Shown here one piece after another: positions 26,947-38,679 of a stretch of 64,000 nucleotides of DNA. Position 1 is the first letter of the stretch; every line of letters begins with the position of its first letter. The position numbers and the translations under genes are program-made. Under the pieces are notes generated by a model that was given only the letters and a program-made list of their open reading frames with translations, made no database searches and was not told the origin of the DNA. This DNA comes from Bilabrum cf. latius (Eukaryota): NCBI GenBank assembly GCA_965178125.1, contig OZ237749.1, positions 558,001 to 622,000 on the forward strand, read 5' to 3'.

Positions 26947-28250
26947 TCACTGCCCGCCGGGCGCGATCTCCGCTTGGCCCGTCCGGATGTTGTTGTAGTG
27001 CCCCATGACCGACTGCCCCGCAAACAGGCCGCCGTCGATGATCTCATCAGACAGGGAACCGAACTGAGTCCCCGCCACCTCGCTGAGGATGAAATCCCCG
27101 CGCTTCATGGAGTCCTCGATGGCACCGGAAGCCACGTCAGCCAAGCCCTGCTCCTCGGGCACGTCGATGACCACCATGTGGCCTGAGGGCGTGGCAAGCT
27201 CCATGAAATCAAGGAGGGCTGCCCTGATGATGTGCTCCGGCTGGGCCCCGTCGATGTGCATGATGTCGCAAGTGACGTCGGGCTGCACTGAGATGAGCCT
27301 GGGCACGGTGATGGAGGGGTCACCGAGGTACAAGGTGAGCCTGTCCGAGTACTTGGCGTCGATGTAATCGTGCGCGGGAATAGTCGTGGGGGCCTCTGTG
27401 CCTTCGAAACTGTGCACCGCCACGTCGGCCCTGCTTCCCAGCATCAGCAGGGACCTCTCCCCTCCGTTGAAGCCAACCTCGCAGTACGTTTTTTTGGAGG
27501 GGTCCTTGGCCAGGATGTCCAGGAGGAACTTGAGCTGGCTCGGGCGGCGGACGGGGCTCCGTACGTACGACTTCAAATTCAAGCCCTTCGCGTTCAAGTC
27601 TTGCATCATTCCAGCGTACAAGGCATAGTGCGGGCCCAGCAAGTTCGCCGAGTACCGATCTTTGGCGATGATGCGCCCAAGGGTAGTCTCGCACGACGAG
27701 AAGAAACCACCAAGATCATAGTTCGCGAACACTGGAACCTTCCTTAGCTACTGGCAGAACTCGATGGCAGATTGTTGCGAGGTTGTGCCTGCGAGGGGAA
27801 GACATGCTCGAAGCGTTGAGCGAGCACACGTGGAGCTCATTGCGAAAGAGTATCAAGAAGCACGCTACAACAGCATAGTCCCCGGAAGCATTTATGTGTC
27901 GGCAAAGTAGAAGTGTCCATAGCTATCGGAATGGTCTTCTGGCTCAGTAGAGGCAGATTCATTCGAGTAGATTCGAGCGACCATGCCGTCAACAAGCACG
28001 ACTGCACACAAGGAAAAGCCGAGCTGGAGCGGTACAAGTGCATACAAGGTAGATAAGAAATACAATGCTCCTACTCACCAGCCCCAGTCTGCATAGCGAT
28101 CGCCTGCTCCATCGGTGGCTGGGCGGGGTCCTTGTTTGCGGCTATCACCTCAACTGTAGAGTGTACAAATGGCAAAGAAGGGAGCTGCGCAGACCAAGCG
28201 GACCCGACCAGACAAGAGACACCCAGAATCGCTGCAACAACGGACTTCAT
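26947..28250 (-). CDS. Secreted class I SAM-dependent methyltransferase (Methyltransf_24-like); intron 27789-28078; 1 in-frame TAG
   Basis: Exon 1 encodes signal peptide MKSVVAAILGVSCLVGSAWSA and ends at G|GTGAGT; the acceptor CGCAG|GC is phase-matched. TAG at 27748-27750. Motifs YCEVGFNGG, VHSFE and CDIMHIDG. Confidence 0.8.
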
Positions 28251-28442
28251 TGCTTCTTGCGCTACCTGTAGCTTGGATTGTGCGAACCGATGCTATCCGA
28301 TTTAACTGTACCAAACAGCACGGTACAAAAAATGCGGTTGCATTTAAATTTTCATTGGCCTGTTTGGGATATTATGAGCGATCTTGGGTTGCTTGGTAGT
28401 GCTGGAAAATTAGAATAGTTGTTACAATCACTGTAGAGCCGA

Positions 28443-29813
28443 ATGGACGAATAGAGTGCCCGAATAGCGTACCTGGAGGGTGAGCTACGCAGGCGTCCAA
28501 CTGAAAGTGAGCTTGCAGATGCCGTAAATACTATGGATGGCAAGATTCAGGAATGTCATCGGGCAATCAATGGAGTGATTCGTGATATTCAATATGCTTC
28601 GACGGATTCGCACCAACCTGAATCTGGCAGCGGTGGCACTCCTCCGATCGGCGAGGTAGTTTCCCGATTGCTAGAGCGAGCAACACGCGCTGAACTTGGA
28701 ATAGCCAAAGCAGCCACATGTGTGCAGCTAGATGACATGGCTTCCAGGCTTCGCGATAGGGCTGATAGTGCTGTTCGAGAGTTGCAAGCCACCAAGGCGT
28801 CCGCTGCAACGGCACGGAGTCTTGAAGCCGCGCTGGAAGACTTGGGAGAGCGGCAGTCGCATCTTGAATCGGCGGTCGCTCGAAAAGTAGATAGTTCAAG
28901 GCTGCGTCAAATCGAGGCTGCCGCTGCCGTCGTGAGGGAGGAGGTTGACGCCAGGCGCGCCCTGAGGGCGGACGTGGACGGTCTCGGGGAGCAGTGCTAG
29001 GCACTCGCTCGAGCAGCCGAGGCAGAGGTGAGCAGCGGGGAGAAATTCGCCCAGCTGCTCGGTGACCTTCGCGGCGAGCTAGCTCGAAAAGCAGGGAGCG
29101 ACGATCTGCGACGAACGGCCGAGCAGTTGCGCGGCACCGTGAGCGCACTGGAGTCCGCCACGTCGGATCGCAGCATGGCCGTGGAGGCCAGGGTGGGCGA
29201 CTTGGAGCAGAGGCAGTCCGCATCTGAGTCTGCCGCCGAGGAGCACCGCCTTGCGACCGATCATGCCAGGGAACAAGGGGACCAGGCCTTGGCGGAAGCC
29301 GAGGAGCGGCTGGCAGGGGAGACCGCGAGGGTGGAGCGCGAGGTGCGGCGGGCGCTGGGTCTGCTCGCCCGAGAGATGGAGGGCAGGGCGACGGGGGGCT
29401 CGCTGGACGCGTGCAGCGACAGAGTGGAGGCACTGGAGCGGGCGACCACCACTCTCCAGGAACAAGTAGGGGTGGCCCTGGACTTTGTGGACTGGTTCAG
29501 CTCTCGTGGTGAGGCATTCGAGCATAACGCGGCTTCCATCGAGCGCCACATGAACGCGATCGCGGGAGGGAACGTGGCTGCCACGAGGGCTTCCTCGAGG
29601 GCTACTTTGCATGTGACGAGTGGGAGTGGGCGGGGACGTGGAGGTCCTCTGTCCCCGGCAGGCTCCATGATGCCGGGCGGTGGTTCCCCGGCAGCGCGTG
29701 GCAGCAGGGCGGTGGGAATGGACGTCGGCAAGGGCATGGGAGGTAGGCCGCCAAAGGGAGGCGCTGGAGATGCTCGCACCAGAACGGGTGGCACTTCGGG
29801 GACGGGTGTGTAA
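28443..29813 (+). CDS. Coiled-coil protein (start uncertain; 2 in-frame TAG; TAA stop)
   Basis: ORFs 28533-29000 and 29028-29813 are in frame across TAG 28998 and extend upstream across TAG 28452. The sequence is rich in A/E/R/L heptads. Confidence 0.7.
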
Positions 29814-29972
29814 TACAGTGCGTATTTTCCCTCAAAATATCGGTGTTGTATCACGTAGTTAAGCTTAAGCACCCGCAGAGACGAGAGACAACTGCAGACG
29901 GCAAAGCTGTGGTTTTGCGTCTCCTCCTCTTCAGACCAATGTTTGAAACAAATTCGCTTGGGGCTGGGGACA

Positions 29973-32900
29973 ATGAAAACACTTTTCCTCATTCTCGTTT
30001 TTATAATTAAGGTGACATATAGTCACAAGTCACTTTGGGTGGGGTTGCACGGGAAAGAACTTAACTTGGATGCGTTGGACGAATCTAGAGCGGAAGCTGC
30101 ATTGAACGCCGTCCGTCAACAAGGCAGGGTCATAGGCAGAGAGGTCCAGAGCCGATGCACGAATTTACTTCTTGTGTTCAGTGCTTTGGCGGAGTTGCCA
30201 GAAATGTACACACTTTACAGCCTAGTCTCTTAGACAGCATCTCACTTTGTCAACCTTCACGAGGTCCAATCATGCTTAGTTGGAGAGTACCCTGACTATT
30301 TGCGATACGAAAAACCGAATATATTTGCTCTTGTATCTCTTATGGTTGGCTATGAAGCTGAGAAGCTGTCTGAACAGTCCAAACCAAGTGGACAACATGT
30401 AGCAGAATTAGGACGGTGCCCATGGGTATCATGGGGTTTGCACAAATTTGGCCAAAAGGCTGCATTCGATTGGTGGCCACAAGCTAGCACGGCGCTGATG
30501 AGCTCATCAGAAGTTGATATTGTCACCTGCTACGGCGCTCAAAGTCTAGGCCTCTAGCAGCCTCCGAGTCTCATCAAAGCAAATCTGCAGTGCGGCAACG
30601 AGTCAAGGTTGTCCGTAAGTGATCACTCTGCGGCGCCCATGGAAGCATTCTACAAGGCTATGCGTAGGTCTGCAAGATGTGGGAGGGACCTTGCGATCGC
30701 AGCTGGCAACTATCTCCACGCTCGCCGTGCCGCTGCCTGGGCGGCGGCCTCACACTTGCACCGAGCATGGGTGCAGGGCCAGTCCGAGCAAGTGCCCAGC
30801 TGGGCGCCGTCAGCTTGGGTGGCCAGCAAGCGCGCATTGGAAGAAATCAAAGGCTGGGAAGGCGGTGATTCTCAGTTAGTCTGCGAGCAAATCCGTGGTC
30901 TTGGAGTCGAGCCACTCGTGGCGGAGTGCTACCTGCAACTTGCGGTAAGCGGGCTCACAGCTGATCAAGTGGATATCTTGAGACAGGCAGGCGATCAGGT
31001 GGCACTGGATGCTCATGCGGGATGGTCGCTAGCCCCCCAGCTGGCCTCTGTGTCTGCAGGCTCGCCCAGCACGAATTTCGTCGCTCTCATCGAAGTGGGC
31101 AACCACCACGTCAACCTGCACTCGTTCGAGCTGGCCAAGGTGTGGTATAGTCTGATGCTGGACATGCCAGAGGAGCTAACCACCAGCTCAGCGCGCGCTG
31201 CTGCCACGTTCAATCTTGCCAACATCGACCTGCACTTCAACAAGGATGCCCAAAGCAAGGGCAAGTCGGGAGGAGAGGTCGAAGCGATGCAGCTGCGATC
31301 GACCGTGGCAGTGATGGCGCGGGTGCCCCGACTGCCTGGGGCGCTCATGTCTGTGTGCAAGGCCTTGCAGGAATCATATCGATGGGAGGCATACGAGCTT
31401 TGTCTCAGCGGGCTGAGGAAGGTGCTCAAGCTTGTGCTGCAGGGGCTCGAGTGCTTTGTGAGAGCAATGCAGGACCGTGCAGCGCAGAGCAGCACCGGGG
31501 CACATGGATCGCAGCTATTTGATTCAGTATCATATGCAAAGAGCATGCTGGAAGGAGGTAAATTGCTCGGGGTTCTAGACAATGCAGCTGATCTGTCTCT
31601 GGTGCAGACCCCCGGCAGCCCCGAGGCGATGTCTGTGTGTTTCGCACCGGCAGAAGCAGCCACGGAGCTGTCGGCACTGAGGCTGCTGCAGTGGTTTGCG
31701 TCTGGTCCCGAGAGAGACTCATTCCTAGACCCATCGCTGCACCGCTCTCTCATTGGGATATCGGACGAGAGGCTGGCCATGCTGGAAGCAGTCGTGCAGT
31801 GCCAGTCGACGCTGCTGCAGGGCCCGGGAGATGGTTGGACACTAGACCTTGGTAGTCGCTAGCGTCGCCTGGAAGCACTAGCGTGGTAGTGCAGAATAGC
31901 TCCTGGAGGAATAAGGAAATCTGTTTCTATTCATTTGGGCCACATAATTGTGTACGACCTGTCATTTCTGGTAGCCTCAGCCGAACTCCGACTCGCTACC
32001 GCGGTTGTGAATGGTCAGTCCTTTCAGCCGCGGCAAGTTGGCAAGGCGGCACAGGCACAGCAAGGAAAGGTGATCCCGCCTGCTCTAGGCCCTGTATTAG
32101 AGGCCATGCGGGGTTCCAGGACCCGCGCGGGTGTTCGCATCGTGAGAGGCGGGAACGCGCGCAAGCTTCGGGTGAATGCGATGTCGTATGACATGCGAAC
32201 TCACGCCATGGGGTCGATGATCACTGGCATGTTGCCTCACTTTGACACTAACAGCATCGCGCTGCAAGCATGGATGTATGGGCCTATGGACAGGCCACCA
32301 GCTGCAATGTGCAATGGCGGTCGACCCTCGCATTGGCCACCCATGCTCGAATCGGCGGCGGCAAATGCGGCATTGCGAGAGTGTAGTCAGGGCGCAGAGT
32401 ACGCTACCGCTGCATCTGTTTGGCTCAATGAAACGTGGGAGCGATCGCGCGATCGACAGACAGCGGCGGAATGGCTAGGTTCTCTCCAGGTGAACCCGCT
32501 CCTGACAGCAACTCACATCGCACAGATGGCCACCGCGGGGTGGCGTCACGTCGTGCATGGTCTGGACTCCGCCAAACTAGTAGAAAGTAAAATGGCAAGA
32601 ACTGGTGGAATGCTGCGAGCAGGTAGCGAGGTATTGACATTTAGCCGTATTCATAGGTGCGAAGAAGCAGAACGATCGTCAGCTAGTGCTGCGGGCCAGC
32701 ACAATCGGCACAAACTAAACCGCTACATCTCGCCTGGATCAGTTGCTGGAATAGCATGTGCGCTATTGCAGTATAGAGAAGGAGCTGTTGCCATAATTGC
32801 CGATCCAATAGATATGGCTTGGGCAGCTAGATCTTTATGCGATGGCTTGTTGCATTCCATCCCACCTGAGCACGGCACAACTAGCTGTCGCGCGGACCTC

Positions 32901-34970
32901 CAGGACATCTAGCCTGGCAGCTACTCTGATATAGTGCTCGACTTCATGGGCCACACGAGCAACATGAACCTCGACTTCACCGTGCGACGAGCCGGCAAGA
33001 TCGTGATTCAGTACCTCGGGTATCCCGGCTCCGCCGCCGACAGCTATGCTGACTACGCCATCGTGGATCGATTTGTCACACCTCCTGATCCACCAGTGGA
33101 GCTGACTGGCAGCCGGAATCACGCATAGTTTGGTAGGACAGCTGCTTCTAGAGGTGGAGTGCTCCCGCTGGATCCCCGGGCAGAGCTCCTCGGCTCTTTG
33201 CCTCACGCCTTCGAGCGAGGCACAGGCAGGGTTTCTCGCGCAGGCATGTCTGAGGGAATGCTGGTCCTGCCGAACACCTACCAAACTACGCTACAGTCGC
33301 CATCTGTTCCTGCCGATGGGTTTCTACGGCTGATTGAGATGCGGTCGGAAGGAAGCGCTGCAATATCTGGACGCTGGAGGAGGCGGTTGGTGCAGCTTGA
33401 CCGAAGCATGCAAATGATCGGTGCCGGTCCACGGGGCGTGTCGGTTCGCAGCAAGCGCATTCATCTTGGGTACGTAGGCCACGTACGTCGCATACAGCCG
33501 TACCTTCTCGACACCTGGGCTGGTATCTTGCGGCACTGTCCTAGGTGCGTCATGATCGTGATCGGCTCCGGAAGCAAGGAGAAGACCGACCGGCTGATCA
33601 ATCTCGCTGCAGCCAGAGGCATCCAACCCCACCGGTTCGTGGTTGCTGGGCACGTGGGTCTCGCCGAACACCGTGAGCGGATCGCGGCCATAGATCTGAT
33701 GTTGGATTCCACAACGTACAACATGCACAGCACCGGTGCCGAGGCGCTGTGGGCGGCGGTTCCAACGGTGACGATGCCAGGGCCTGGATTTGCTGCCCGA
33801 GTAGGCATGTCACTGGGTGCCGCGGCGCACACACCGACGGGCTTCAATGCCCACGGATGCGGGCTTGCTGCAACTGACAGATCGAGCAGTGGCCTCGACT
33901 TGGCGCTTCGACGCAGGATGCACTGTGCAATGGCACCACACAGCATGCGGGCCTATGAGCAGTTGGCTGGCAGGCTGGCATCGTGCCACGCTTGCATGGT
34001 GACAGCCAAGCAGCATCTGGCGGCATCCAGCCTTACATCGAGCCTGTTCGATGCCGGGGGCACCACTCGGGCTGTGCAGAGGTCCATGCGGATCGCCTGG
34101 GAGGTGAGGGCCTCGCAGGTCCGGAGGTACCGAGGTAGGTGGCTCCCGTACCATGCCAAAGTTGGGGCTGAGCTATCGACTGGCCACGGCTTGGGTGATG
34201 CTCCCTCGCAGCTGCTGCAGGTACTGGGCAGCTTGGAGAATGCAGTCAACCCCACCGTGCCAAGCAGATCAAGCTCGCAGCTCCATCGAATCGAAGCTGA
34301 GGTCGAGTCATTTGCTGCTGACACCCCAGGCGCTGTGATGAACCGACTGCATCTAGCTCTGTGGCATGCCAGTCGAGAGAGCCCTCTGTCGTGCAAAGTG
34401 TACGACTCGCATGTCGGATCTATGAAAGCCGCTCTCGAGTCGTTCGGCCAGCTGCTCGAAGCCACCGGTAGCGCATCATTCTCGGTCGCAAACGGCAGCA
34501 GTTTGCGCATTGCGCTTGCGATGGACGTATGTGCCGAAGCGCAGGGCTCGCTTCCGTTGCTAGAGGATTGGATTGAGAGAAAAGGAAGGGAACTGCGAGG
34601 CGTCTGGTGCAAGGCGCGAGCATCGTATGCCACCCGATAGCAGCTGCATGACTCGCTCGCTCGGACACTCGTGTCCGCGATTAATGGGAGCAGCCAATGC
34701 TCGGGGGATCTTCCGGCTCTGTACGGGCACTCGGCCGCTTGGCTGCTCCAGGCGATCGGCAGGGCTTCGGAGCGGGCTAGCCAATCGTGGGCGCATCCAG
34801 ATGCAGGTCCCGAAGCAGCTTCTTCACCTTCGCAAGCAGACTCTATCAGCCGGTTCGCTGATGGTGTATGCGGCGGTGATGGTGCTGGGCTGCGCAGTGG
34901 ATTTCTGCGAGTGGGGCTCGAATGGCTCAAGCACAGGCACCACTACCACTGCAGCGCAATGAGCTAGTGA
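29973..34970 (+). CDS. Signal peptide + GT41 glycosyltransferase, copy 3 (inverted, lacks the GT4-like domain; 8 in-frame TAG)
   Basis: Starts MKTLFLILVFIIKVTYS. The frame is continuous across TAG 30231, 30555, 31860, 31887, 32910, 33126, 34638 and 34965 to TGA 34968-34970. Similarity to copies 1 and 2 stops after HHYHCS (~34955). Confidence 0.8.
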
Positions 34971-35205
34971 CTGATAGGCTACGTAGAAACCTAGATCAAG
35001 GGCATTCACGGCCGAGCTGGACTGCAGGGGTTGACTGCTGGCTGCCTCCGAGATCCAGCCCGGTCGGTCCGCTGGTGCTGGCTACGTTAATACATTTTGG
35101 GCGATCCACAACGCATGGAACGAGTTTGTACTGGCGTGTCGTCGGGCCCCTAGCTTCGTTTCATGTTGCGTGCGGAACCGGAGTGCAGTGCAGCTGTGTT
35201 GGGCC

Positions 35206-37734
35206 ATGTTGCATGCACATGCACCCCGGGCCGTGGGCCGTGGCTTGAATCCGGAGCGTTTCATCATTCACCTCCATGAAGCCATCAAGCGTAATGATAT
35301 GGGTGTCAAATATTATCTTGTCATGCATCATGGGGCTATCGTTTGCGGTTCTTGTCCCCGAGGCCGGCAACCAAGTGCAACTCTACTGCATTAGGCTAGC
35401 CATGATTATCACAGGGTGCAGCCAATTATGATTTGTAGCGACTTGACAAGTATGGCATTGATCAACGATGTGGTTCAAAGATCTGATGCTGTGCAGAGCT
35501 GTGCTTGGAGGCTCGGAAATACCGTCCCAACTAGAGGAGACGCATTGCTACAGACTGCCGGTCGGAGGTACTTGTTCTATGACCTATTCGCCAGAGATGG
35601 ACAGATTTTTGGAATATTGCCAAGCTATCGGCGGAGCCCTTTCCTACTTGACGGAATCAGAGTGGAGGCTCGAGCGGAGCAGTATCTGCAAGAGACCGGC
35701 TGGGTGCAGCTTGGTTCGTTTGTATCAATTCGTACAGTTCCATAGGACGCACACTAGACCTTGTCAGCGAAGGTATTGCGCTGGAAGCTTCCTGTAGCAA
35801 TGAGGGCACAGCTCCCGACTGGTGGATTCATCCACGTTCGAGTTTCGGTGGCGGGCCAAGCATGGCTGCTGCGGCTGTGGCACGCAGAGATTCTTTAGGG
35901 CCAGCTCGCGAGTAATCCTGCAAAACTATTCTAGCACCATGATGAATGCGTCAGATATCCGGGCTGGGACTGCTTGTGGCCCCGCTCTCGAGGCGCTCCA
36001 GCCAACCAGACCGATAGCCGCACCCCTGGCACTCAGACTGGCGCCGGCGGGCACGATCGATCCCCCCGACTAGCAGGAGGAAAGAGGCCTCCAATTACGC
36101 ATGCTACAGCGCAGAAAGCGACGGACCCGCGCCCCCACCGCGTGGTTGCAACCACCATGATGCTACTCGAGGACAGGGAGAGGTACCTCGCCACATGGGC
36201 TGCATACCACGCAGCAAGGGGGCTGGAGGCGCTCGTGTTATACAGGAATGACGACGAGTGGGTGTAGGGTATGTGCCTGGCCAAAGAAGCCCTGCGATTC
36301 TTCTGCGCCGGCGTACAGCACTCCTTGGACTGGGAGATATCGGGGAACGGATCCAGCGAGGCGTTGCCGCCTGTATGCAAAGGGCAGCAACCACCCTCGG
36401 AGCTGTGTCTGCCCACCGCCCGCCACGCGATTCCATCTAATCCAGTTGTGCTGGAGCTATCCTGGCCCTTTCGAATGTACAACCCACAGTCGTCAGACAC
36501 GCTGCCGTATGCTGGGGAGGCGCAGCCGCACGCTGAGCAGCACTTTCTTCTCAAGTACGGCAAGCCTCTCGCGGAGTGGATGCTGCATCTAGACGTGGAC
36601 GAGTATCTCAATGTGACTTCGTTGCATGATTTAGCTGCATTGGCAGACTCTCGTGTCGTTGCGACTGGATCAGTACCGCCCGGATCAATCGAGTTCCACA
36701 GCCGCTACGCTTTGGCGGCCTTGCGACCAGCAGTGCAGAGCAACTTCTCGATCTGCCCCCCTGAGCAGTTGCTCCTGAATCCGAGCATGCCGATCGCAAG
36801 AGTTCAACAAGACGAATGGTCGGCGGTGGTATCCGTAGCTCTAAGGAATGCAGGCTTCTCGGACGGCTTGGCGTAGGCCAACGGGCCTATCCGATCAACG
36901 GCAACCAAGGAGCGAGTGGTTCAGCAAGTGCCAATCGCAGAAGCTAGGCAACGCCTTTAGCTTTACGGTTAGCCCTGGGATTGGCCAATACTAGTCGAAC
37001 CTTCGCTGAGCCATCGGGTGCCTCCCGCCGAGCCTACTAATGATGAAATCAAGTACCTGGACCACGGGTGGCGCACCCGAAAGTACATGGCGCGCACGGA
37101 CCTGGTGGAGTGGGCGAACATTCACAACGCCGACTTGTTTGGAATGACGAGCTACGCCCCTGCATTGCGGCAATGGCACGTTGCGGCTGGAGCAAAGTGC
37201 TGCGCGTGGGTGGGTGGCACCAGCGAGATGCCTGTGGCGCCATCAGTCGGTGCAGGGGCCGACGGATCGGATCAAATCGATAGGTGTTCCCCATGCGACA
37301 GCGCGCTTCCCACTGTAGGTGCCCTGCAGCTGACTGAGGGTGGCGTGCTGCTCCATTTCCTGGAGCAGAGTACCATGGTGAAGTTCGCTCTGAACAAGCT
37401 GCGGGCGTTCCTGCCACCGACTGAGAGGGCGGTGGAGCACGATGGATCGCAGCCGCTGGGCACCATCGTCGCACAGCCTGGCGAACACGTAGCCATGGCA
37501 GGCGATCAGCTTGAGGGTAATCAATTTGAGGGTAGTCGGCGTGTGGACCTGCCAGTTGACCTAGCCTCTTCGTTTCGTGATAAACCTAGTGCTGTCTGTG
37601 AGCACCGTGTGAAGCAGGCTCTGTTCTTGCGCGGGGTGCATCTCGGATGGGGCGCAGGCAGCGAGACGAGCAAAATACCGATGTAGCAGCAGGTGTGGCC
37701 GGACAGTGAGAAGAAGCAACTTGAATCTGCATGA
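35206..37734 (+). CDS. GT92/GT2-like (GT-A fold) glycosyltransferase, paralog A; start uncertain; 10 in-frame TAG
   Basis: Six track ORFs lie in one frame, open from 35035 to TGA 37732-37734 except for TAG. Motifs ERYLATWAAYHAARGLEALVLYRND and WMLHLDVDEYL (DxD). Colinear with paralog B. Confidence 0.7.
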
Positions 37735-38021
37735 TCCAGAGCGTACTAGAACGTGATTTGAGGAGAGGAGATGGGAGGAGAGGGAAGGGGAGCGGTGGTT
37801 GGGTCCGTACGGGGTTAGAACTCGACGTGGCTGAGAGAGGGCATCGCGCGTGCAGCCTAACCAAATGAATAGCAGACAGGAATTGGCAGTTTGGTTACAC
37901 CGGTTCGAACTGGCGGCAAGCAGGCGAGAAAACTGAGCATGGAACGAACTGACGAACTCTCAAAACGAACCTTCATCCAGCCAACACTAACCCGACAAAT
38001 ATATTTGCTTATTGTGACATC

Positions 38022-38457
38022 ATGGCTGGATCCACAGCCCCGTTTTGCCCTCGATGTGGTTATTTAATGCAATTACCAGACAGTGGTTCTATCACATGCG
38101 ATAGCTGCAAATATGCATGTGGATTCGGAGGTTAGTCTAATCGGACTGGTGGCCAGCTTGTATCGTTACAGTCGGCAGCAGCATTTCATTCTGCACCTAC
38201 ATGCTATCGCAGATTTGGAATGCCGCGTGGTTGTTACCAAAGGCAAGCCTCGAACTCAGCCAGAGTGGCAGCAAGAGGTGCTGAAGGGTATCAAGGACGA
38301 CGACACTGTCAAGAAGGCCACCGTAGATGAGGAGTGTTCAAAATGCAAGAACCCGACTATGCTTTTCTACACCATGCAGATGCGATCCGCTGATGAGGGC
38401 CAGACAGTGTTCTATGAATGTCCCAAGTGTGGATACAAGTATTCTGTCAATACTTGA
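38022..38457 (+). CDS. RPA12: RNA polymerase I subunit RPA12; intron 38131-38212
   Basis: N-terminal zinc ribbon FCPRCG...CDSC in exon 1; phase-1 intron GTTAGT...CGCAG; C-terminal ribbon ECSKC...QMRSADEGQTVFYECPKC. Confidence 0.92.
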
Positions 38458-38679
38458 CGCGTCCCGTGGCCGGCAATGTACCAGCAGTTCCAACACTTCG
38501 TGATGAAGTCACCATTTTTCAATGGACCCTGCGCGAAAGCACCGCCAATTGAGCACAAGACCGGAATGGAACACCGACTGCAACTGTGGGCGTTGCGCGA
38601 GCTAGAAGGGCTTGTAGCTCGCACGCACCGCATATGTCATGCCCGCGCTACGACCCGATAGATGGGGTGAAGAGGAGGG

